Shown one piece after another: positions 29,881-39,600 of a DNA stretch of 64,000 bases (its first letter is position 1; each line of letters opens with the position of its first letter). The notes under the pieces are model-generated. The model did no database searches and was not told the DNA's origin. It worked only from the letters and a program-made list of their open reading frames with translations. The stretch spans positions 6,882,001-6,946,000 of the forward strand of contig NC_092672.1 in NCBI RefSeq assembly GCF_964355755.1, in the 5' to 3' direction. A program made the translations under genes and the position numbers. The DNA comes from Antedon mediterranea (lineage: Eukaryota > Animalia > Echinodermata).

Positions 29881-30204
29881 GTTTATAGCCTATCGTTTAT
29901 ACATAAAATCAAAAACATGCCAGACACAACAGATGCCACGAACATTGCAATTACTCTCAGAGGTGTTAGTAATCAGTACACCAATTCCAATTCACAGAAT
30001 CGTAAACCATAGCTACCTATTACCACCAATGTATTACAGCAGTTACTAGCGCAGCTCACTACAAGAAATAAGTACGACATGCTCATGGACAAGGCACTGT
30101 TTCTCATTAGCAAGCGAGGTCGTATTATCCACAAACCCACAACATGTCCTATTAGACAAGGATGTAGAAATCAATAAAACATGCATTACTATATGCTTCG
30201 ATCG

Positions 30205-31250
30205 ATCGAGAATCGATGACAAACAACACAATACCTTTCCTGGACATGCTCATCACACTCAATGACAATGGAACAGTTACCACCTCAGTCTATCGGAAGC
30301 CCACTCACACAGACCAATATTTACATTTCAACTCACATCATCCACTCGAACACAAACTGGGGCTTATAAACACACTTGTGGACAGAGCTGAGAAGGTAGT
30401 GGGAGATATGGATTTGAGGAAAGTTGAGATGGATAACATCAAGAAAGCGTTACACAACTGCCAGTATCCAGAGTGGTCCTTCCAGAGAGTTATGGAAAAC
30501 CGAAAAAGAAAAAAGAACAAAGGACACGAACCACAGAAAGAAAAGATCAAGATGCGAGGTAGCATAGGAATCCCCTATGTAAAAGGAATGGCAGAAAGAA
30601 TACGACGCACTCTCTCCTATCACAATGTCGGAACCTATTTCCTACCCCAAAATAAAATCAAGAATAGCCTCGTCCATCCAAAAGATAAAATCGAGAAGAT
30701 GGATACATGTGGAGTAATCTACGAAGTCACCTGCCGCAACTGTCCACAAGTTTACATTGGGGAAACAGGGAGGGCATTACAAACACGAATTAATGATCAC
30801 AAAAAAGATGTTACAACAAACACGGGGGGAGTAATGACTAGGGCCTCCAGAACATCCACATCTTCGATCATACACAAATCTGCCATTACAGAACATGTCA
30901 TAAAACACAATCATGTACCGAACTGGGAGGCTACCATCTTAACCAAAGAGCCTAAACGCAAAGACAGACAGATTAGAGAATCATTACATATAAGGAGAAA
31001 TAAAGAGAAGACCATGAACCGGGACACTGGAGCCCACGAACTCTCGCATTTGTACAATGATTTGATAGACACATCACCTGGCCGAGCCCCGCACAACCTC
31101 CAACATACAACCGGAGGCGTACGACGTCATCAACAGATGACGTCAAGAATGACCAAGCTGCATTAACACTCCGCAGTCAGTTGAGAAGGATCTCTGATAG
31201 AGATCGAAACGTTCGAGTAAGTACTCCGTTAACTTGTGCTTTTACAAAAA
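30205..31250 (+). mobile_element. 5'-truncated Penelope-like element (RT thumb + GIY-YIG; Penelope/Poseidon type)
   Basis: ORF 30216-31166 contains IPFLD, VYRKPTHTDQYLHFNSHHP, GVIYEVTCRNC..YIGETGR and RESLHI. A hammerhead-like motif follows the stop (31181-31215). Confidence 0.92.
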
Positions 31251-31669
31251 CGAAATTTGTCATCTATATGCTTCCGTTCCTATAAGCACCACATGGCACA
31301 CCAAACAAAATTTAACATCCGAAAAAGTGCTGAAACGTTACAGGTATATTAGACGAGCAGCTATTGTACAGTTTGTTTGTGCTCCAAACAGGTTTGCCAT
31401 TACACCGGAAACACCTGAGCTGCATACTAAAAAACTGCTTTGCACACCACTTTAGATCACACACGTTTCAATACGCACTCATTTAGAATTGGTAGAGGGC
31501 TACACAATTCCATAACATGGGAGCAAATGAGAAGGAGATCGTGACCAATGGTAGATGGAAAAGTGATGCGTACAAACAATACCTTTGTATAACTTTAAGT
31601 AACAAGTAACATTACAAATTGCCAATGGTCACATAGGCATGTATTCAACGATATAATTTTCGTCACCTC

Positions 31670-31925
31670 GACATCTGCACAGGCAGTGCCTTCTGTCTTT
31701 CAGTCTTATTTAAGGTCCCATCCAACCGTTCGGATAGTGTCTTCTGCTTAGTATACAAGTTTCCAGGCATCTGCACAGACAGTGCCTTCTGCTTTAGTAT
31801 TAAGGTTCCAGACATCTGCTCAGGCAGTGCCTTCTGTTTAATAGTAAGGTTCCAGACATCTGCTCAGGAAGTGCCTTTCTGTTTAGTATTAAGGTTCCAG
31901 GCATCCCTGCCCAGGCAGTGTATTC
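31670..31925. repeat. ~40-bp tandem repeat (ttccaggcatctgc.caggcagtgccttctg.ttagta)
   Basis: 5-6 diverged copies read directly. Confidence 0.8.
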
Positions 31926-32009
31926 TATTCTGTATCATACCAGTTCATCAGGCAAGACCTACTGTTTTGGTTCAAATACGAAGAGAGTGAAATGGAAGAG
32001 TGAACATTC

Positions 32010-32578
32010 TTTTTTTTTTTTTTTTTTTTTATTTCATTTCATCACATACATAATACAAAATTAATATATAAAGGCAACGTAACTATTAAAACGATATAAT
32101 ACTCTCTCAAAAATAAGAGAGTAATGAAATTAAAGAAAAAAAAATAATGTATCGCAAAAATACACTTAATAATAATCATTTTGCTAATAATATGGTTGCC
32201 TTGTATTTTTGGTAAATGTGAAATAAATGATTATAATTAAGTAATTGTTTTTTGATTTTGCAACTAAATATGTACCACTTTGTAATTAAAATTAAAATGT
32301 TTGCATCACTGTGTGTTTTTCCAAAACCAAAACATGTACTTTCTTTGGTGATAATTAAGTTATTGTTGATATTTCGATACATATATTGTTTTACATTTTC
32401 CCAAATTTTCTTTACCAGATCACATTCAAAGAACATATGTAGCAGTGTTTCCTGCTTTTCCTTGCAAAAACTACACATTGGTGAATCGACCTTTGACATC
32501 TTAAAGAGCATTGTATTTGTATAAATTATACGATGAATAAATTTAAATTGAACATTTTTTAGCTTAGTGTCATTTGTA
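32010..32578 (-). mobile_element. 5'-truncated L1/Tx1-type LINE 3' end with poly(A) tail
   Basis: ORF has QFKFIHRIIYTN and CSFC..ETLLHMFFEC (zf-RVT-like). A T run at about 32010-32030 is poly(A) on the minus strand. Flanked by a 133-bp direct repeat. Confidence 0.88.
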
Positions 32579-33648
32579 CTGTTTAGTATTAAGGTTCCAG
32601 GCATCCCTGCCCAGGCAGTGTATTCTATTCTGTATCATACCAGTTCATCAGGCAAGACCTACTGTTTTGGTTCAAATACGAAGAGAGTGAAATGGAAGAG
32701 TGAACATTCTTGGGTCCACCCTGCATTTATAATTATGTACTGATCTTGACGTTGTTTTACACCTTACATGCGCTTTTTCCTCAGCATCCATGTGATGTTA
32801 GGAAAATAAAATCTGCGTCTAACTTGAATTATACGTATCTACAATCACATGCAGGTTACACATTTAGAATGTTCATTTTTCCAATAACAATTTTATATGC
32901 CAGAAAATGATGTTTTATGCTTATTCTTACGTCTCTGTGTATCAAAAAAGTTTTCAACTTAGAACTGTAGGATAACCATTTATGCTGTCTTTGATGGAAA
33001 TAATATTTTCACAATGAATCAGATGACGTCAGTTTTAGTAAGCGTGTTACAACCGCTAATGTAGAAAACGTCAGCTGATGTAAATGTAGAACAATCCATC
33101 GCTCCAGCTAATGTAGAAACACCAATAGCTTAGGCCCCTATGTAGTAAAATTGTTTGGATTGTTCTGCATTAACGGTTGTTTCGACATTAGCTGGCAATA
33201 ATCGTGACAATACAACGATTTTATTGGAAAAACTAGTATTTTCATCAAAGACATGATAATGGCATGGTTATCCAATAGATCTATGTCGAAAACCTTTTCG
33301 ATTTCTTTTGTTACAATAACATTTATCTACCTATCGTCGATAGTTAATCGTCCGTAGTAATGGTCTTTACTGACGGGTATGACTGAATTAAAACAAAAAT
33401 TGTTCTTTAATATTTAATGTATTGTATAGAATATAGTAAAGGTATAATGTAAAATGTAGACCTATAGTAATCTTTAAACCAAGTATACTTGCAAAAGATA
33501 GGAAGGTAGTTAAATTATCAAAAGTGAAGAAAAGGAGTTATGTGTTTGCCTTTACATAATGCTCATGCAAGCAACTGCTGTGCTGGCTGATGGTCCTGTT
33601 TTTTTTGTTTTAATTAGGCCTAATGGGTGTGTGTGTGTATGTAGCCTC

Positions 33649-36600
33649 TTAAGAATGGTATATTTTTTTAAAGAAACTAATGTATGTAATAAGTATACTC
33701 ACACAGGATAGGGAGGTAGCAAAATTATCACAAGTGAAAAAAGGATATATTTTGCTTTTGCACTTGCCTTTGTTTTTGCCCTTGTCCTTGCCCTTGCCTT
33801 TGTTTTTGCCCTTGTCTTTGCCTTTGTCCTTGTCTTTGTTCTTGCCTTTGCCTTTGTCATTATTTAAAGATGCCAATAAATATGTATTTTCGTTGCTGCC
33901 TACATATTGGATGTCTACATCTTCGCTGCATACATCTTCGCTGCCTACATCTTCGCTGCCTACACTTTCGCTGCATACATCTTCGCTGCATACATCTTCG
34001 CTGTCTTCATCTTGGCTGCCTACATCTTCGTTGCCTACACCTTCGCTGCATACATCTTCGCTGCATACATCTTCGCTGCCTACATCTTCGCTGCCTACAT
34101 CTTCGATGCCTACACTTTCGCTGCATACATCTTCGCTGCATACATCTTCGCTGTCTTCATCTTGGCTGCCTACATCTTTGCTGTCTACATCTTCGCTGTC
34201 TTCATCGCCCTCTTTATCGCCCTCTTTGTCGTTCCAATGGTGTATACAATCTAAGCATGCCTCAGAAATAAGACATAGCACCATAATAACATTGACGCTT
34301 ATAACTATACCTCCTATTAGAAAGAAAAAAATTGATCATCTAAACTAATTTTTGCTTTATCGTTTGGTAACTTTCTCTCGTTGTAAAATTGTAAAAAAAA
34401 AAAAAATAACTTTAATCAATTGGAAAAATAAAAATTACCTATTAGAGGAATGTGATTTCCCGATGCAGGAACATTCAAGGATTGTAAAATCACGAATAAA
34501 TTCTCTCCTACAAAAACAGATATCCCATATTTCAGTCTTCTTTTCGGTTTTACATGTGACATCTTGAACATAAAACACATTGAAAACGCACCAAAAAAGT
34601 ATGCATTTGCTAAAAACATATACCAAAAATTGTTCCGCCGTTGTAAATTGACCAACAGTTGTAACGTTGCATATGGAGACGTATTGCTTAATTTTGCTTG
34701 TATATCATGTATTGCCCAAATTTGATTGTTGTCATCACTGCTTATCTCTTGATCAAAATCATCATTAAAGTCAAGTTTGTTTCTAGGCTGTGTCAACGAA
34801 AAATCTAATTTACATTTTTGTTTGTCATCGGGATAGTACTTGAAGTTCAAAGGGCAATTCGTTTCAAATATACTTTTAGATGTAAGCTTCACACTGCCAT
34901 TGTAGCACACTTCAGCCGGATCAATCGACAGGAAAGATTTTTGATTCTGCCTATTTTAAAAATAAATATTGATACATTTATTACAAAATCGGAAAAAATA
35001 CTATAATATTTCAAAACTTGAATAAATGTAGGCATCGATTTTGTTTCGAATTCACTAGGCCTATATGTCAAGAAAAACCTGCGAGTTATCAATATAGAAA
35101 TAATACAAATTTAACATACGCTTGATGAAGTTTGGCATCTGGCGTCCAGATTGTCTCCTGTGATATTTGTAGACATTCAATTTTGGTCTTTTCATGGTCC
35201 CATGAAATAAATTCGTCCTTCCAATTCTGTAAAAATTAACAATAAAAGTGTAAGTTTATTAATATGTTCAATTCTATCATGCATCATACTATTTTAAAGG
35301 TTGTATATTCGTCTGCTACCAATAGAGGTAGACATTTCATGATGAAACACGTATAGAAATCGATTTGCATACCGCACACATCCGATAGGAATGATGATAC
35401 CGTATTTGGATAAAGTTAAAAGCCTACCACAGGGGCATGTGGCTCAAATATTTGGTGTCGAAGCCCCATCTACTATTTTAAAATCAAGGATACTGTAATA
35501 TAATGTTGGTTTGTTGAGGTACTAATGAAGACTCTGACTCGCTTGACTGAAAAAAATGGTATAAAATAATTTTTTTTTTTTATAATTTTTTTAAGAATAG
35601 ATAAGGAACGGAGGGTGTCACGAAACCTCAGACCACGAAAGCTCAGACCCCCTAAGACCTAAGATCACGAAAGCTAAGACCCAACACCTAAGATTACAAA
35701 TACTAAGATATACTACAGCTTAAAAACATTACTTGTTTATCCATACATAATTTTAAACACAGTAGGTTTCATTTATTACCATAAATATAATTTAATACTA
35801 CCGCAAAACATAGATAAACTCACATTATTTTCGCCCGTTGAGTAAATGTATATTTTTTCTTTACAACAAACAAATTTGACGGGTTGTTTGTTGGTATATA
35901 TTTACTCCATTGTGTTGGTTCAGAGGATGTTTTTCTTACGCACCTGCCTTTCTTGTATTTTGACTCCAAATTTGTTGAGTAACTTTATCCTGAACACCAC
36001 ACTTTAAAATTAGGACTTATAAGTACTTTCAGAAGGAGAAACACATAATAACAAATAAATAAATCCTTTAAATTGATGATTTTACAGATGTGTTTCTTGT
36101 ATACTGTAATGTAACTCCTCGAGCTCCCATGCTCAATGTTTTTGTTTCTATGGAGCGCCAAAAGAGCAACAATAATAGTACAAGTATAAAAACAGAAAGA
36201 AAACGAAACAAAAAAACTTATCATGATTTTTTAATTAAAATTTATTTGCCAGTATTTATTTCTTCGTACTTGCATGATTATACTATTATCATTACAATTT
36301 TAATTTTACATTGTTCCATCCACACTGTAGATGGACTCCACAGAGATTTTTGCTCTTTTGACGTTCCATAGAAACAAAAACATTGAACATGGCCCATGGG
36401 GTGGGTAGGCCTACTGTACTGTAGGCTAGTCATTTTTTGTGCGAGAAAAACGTCTGTAAAATCATCAATTTAAAAATGTATTTGTTACTTTTTATGTGAT
36501 TCTTTTTCATGAAAGTGCCAATTCTAAGGTGTGGTATTCAGAATAAATGTTAGGAGTTAAAATACAAGGCAGGTGCGAAAGATAAATATTTGTAATCTTA

Positions 36601-39600
36601 GGTGTTGGGTCTTAGCTTTCGTGATCTTAGGTCTTAGGGGGTCTGAGCTTTCGTGGTCTGAGGTTTCGTAACACCCAAGGAACGGACGATCAATGATGCT
36701 GTCAGTGAGGTGTGAAGTGTGTAGGTCTGCTTCTGAAGAAGTGGCTGTGAGATGTGTCTGGGCCCTTCTGAAACTTGGGAGTATATTGGCTCAGTTCATT
36801 TGCATAATGTCACTACGTAATCTGTGAGGGTAACGATTGGTCCTAAGTTGGTCCAGGGGTGTTTAAGTGGGAATGATTGATCTTATCTGGGGAGGTTACA
36901 ATGATGAATTGGACCTGTCGAATCTCTGCTTAAAACTGTCAGTATCTAATTGTTTTACGATGGGAACGGTCGCAAAGTTAAGCTAAGTGTTTTCTTTAGG
37001 GACTCTATTATAAACTAAGTGGTCATTAAAACATCTGGACAAACTCTCCTCTGGACTTTCTGGGTCAAGTTTGTGAACCTATTTGAATTCCGATACAAAG
37101 GTCAATTTCTTAATTATAAAAGTATATCATTATATTACAATACACTCCTGACCCCCACTTCAACATCGTGATGACCTGCCAAAATAAACACCAATATATA
37201 TATAATGTTAAATACAAAAACAGCACAACGCTTAGCCAGTACATCTGGAAGCTAAACGATGATAACATAAAGTATAACATTAAATGGCGAATAATAAAGA
37301 AGTGTAAACCATATTCCAATGTTAACAAACGGTGTAATCTATGCTTACAAGAGAAGTATTATATTATATGCAAGCCTGAAACCAGCTCACTTAACCATAG
37401 GAACGAATTAGTCAGTGCATGTAGACATAGGAGAAAGTTTCTACTAAAGCATCAGTAATTTAGATAATAAGAATTTGGTTAACAATAGACTGTCCAGGAA
37501 ATAGAGATGTGTTGTACTTGCTAATTAGCATACTATTGTTCACATAAACAGTTTGCCTTAAGACTTCATTATAGCTTTTTGTATTCACTTGTGACTATCA
37601 TTCAGAGCCAAGCACCTGAAGATTGAGTTCATACTCATGAAACAGCCTGTAGTGCAATAAAATGTTCAGTTGGTAATTTACTAGCGTCTTTCATTTATTT
37701 ATATTTGGCTCTACATTTTGTATCGAGCACTTTCGCTTTCATGGTCTGCGTTAAATTCACCACGATTTATATATATAAATCGTGGTGAATTTAACGCAGA
37801 CCATGAAAGCAAAAGTGCTCGATACAAAATGTAGAGCCAAATATAAATAAATGAAAGACGCTAGTAAATTACCAACTGAACATTTTATTGCACTACAGGC
37901 TGTTTCATGAGTATGAACTCAATCTTCAGGTGCTTGGCTCTGAATGATAGTCACAAGTGAATACAAAAAGCTATAATGAAGTCTTAAGGCAAACTGTTTA
38001 TGTGAACAATAGTATGCTAATTAGCAAGTACAACACATCTCTATTTCCTGGACAGTCTATTGTTAACCAAATTCTTATTATCTAAATTACTGATGCTTTA
38101 GTAGAAACTTTCTCCTATGTCTACATGCACTGACTAATTCGTTCCTATGGTTAAGTGAGCTGGTTTCAGGCTTGCATATAATATAATACTTCTCTTGTAA
38201 GCATAGATTACACCGTTTGTTAACATTTGAATATGGTTTACACTTCTTTATTATTCGCCATTTAATGTTATACTTTATGTTATCATCTTTTAGCTTCCAG
38301 ATGTACTGGCTAAGCGTTGTGCTGTTTTTGTATTTAACATTACGGAATGAACTATTGTGTGCGTTATATCTGCATTTAAATGTGTTTTCGGTTAGTCCGA
38401 CATATGTTTCAACTTTATCATCATCATTTGTTGTTACTGTAGCCTGATAAACAACACCACTGGTTAGGCATTTCCCATCTAATGGGCATTCATTTCGACA
38501 GTTGCATTGCTTGATGTTATCACAGGGCATATCATTACGTAATACATTTTTGTTGTGGGCCGATATTACAGACCCTATATTAGGCATACAACTATAGCTG
38601 ATTTTAATGGTGTTTCTATTAAATATTTTTCTTAGCTCATGGTTATGTGGAAAACATTCATCTACAGTCTTTAAGAACTCGTGCCCTATTTTGGTTTTCA
38701 CGTTGGCACTGTAAGGCGGGTTGAACCAGATGATATTTCTTTTCCTTGTCTTCTTCACGTTATTTTGTGCGCTGGTATTGGTCGGGTTGTACTTAAGATT
38801 GTGGTTGTATCCACTTTCATACAAGGCTTCTTGGTACGGTTTCTTTGATTCATTGAAAACAGCTTCATTCGAAGAAATGTTTGATAATCTTTTGTTTATG
38901 CCTTCAGGGATGTTCATAATTATTGATGCTGGATGATTACTTTTGCAATGAACATAGCGTGGTTTGTTGTTTTCCTTTAAATAAGGCTTATAGCTTCCAT
39001 CGTTGAGATTAAGCGTTACATCTAGGTAGTTTATAATTTTCTTATTCACTTCGATCGTTATCTTTAGATTATGTTCTTTGAATGTGCTGCAGAGATCTTT
39101 TTTTATTTTTTCAATAACATGAGGAGTTTCATTAAATGCCGCAAGTCCGTCATCCCTGTACAATCCTATGTTATTACCGTACTTGGGTTCCAGTTTGGCT
39201 AGCAGAAACAGACCTATTAACTCGCATGTTTCAGCACCGTCGTAGCTACCCATAGTAACATCGAATGTGGTGTTCCTTTTGCACCAAGCTGTCTCGTCGT
39301 TGAATAGTAGTGTATTCTTGGCTTTGATTACTATTTCCCTTTCTTCCTCTGTAATATCGGTGAATTTTTTAGCAAAGTTGAGGGCTTCATTGAGAAGGTC
39401 CAAAGTTATCGAAGGATAAAATTCTGTTACATCAAAGCATATGAACAGATGATTTTCCTTATCCCGGATGCCTTTAAACCATTCTATCATGTCGTTAGTA
39501 TTCCTCCACTGGTTAAGCTTGGTCTTACGTGCGATATGTTTGTTAACTCTTTCTAGGATGTGTTTACTTATCTTTCCTATCTCTGATTTTGAGGGGTTAA

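Noticed and set aside
33680-34348. Three overlapping plus-strand ORFs (TSSLP, CLHLR and AAYIF repeats)
   Set aside because: These are antisense shadows of the 15-bp repeat in gene C exon 6. The minus frame has the splice acceptor and the M3/M4 segments.
29128-36371. Similar 91-aa and 93-aa ORFs at 29128-29403 and 36090-36371
   Set aside because: Both are internal to two copies of the same non-autonomous transposon and have no recognisable domain.
36690-37190. Higher-GC segment with octamer (atttgcat) and CCAAT-like motifs
   Set aside because: No second copy, ORF or termini in the window to define it as an LTR or promoter.
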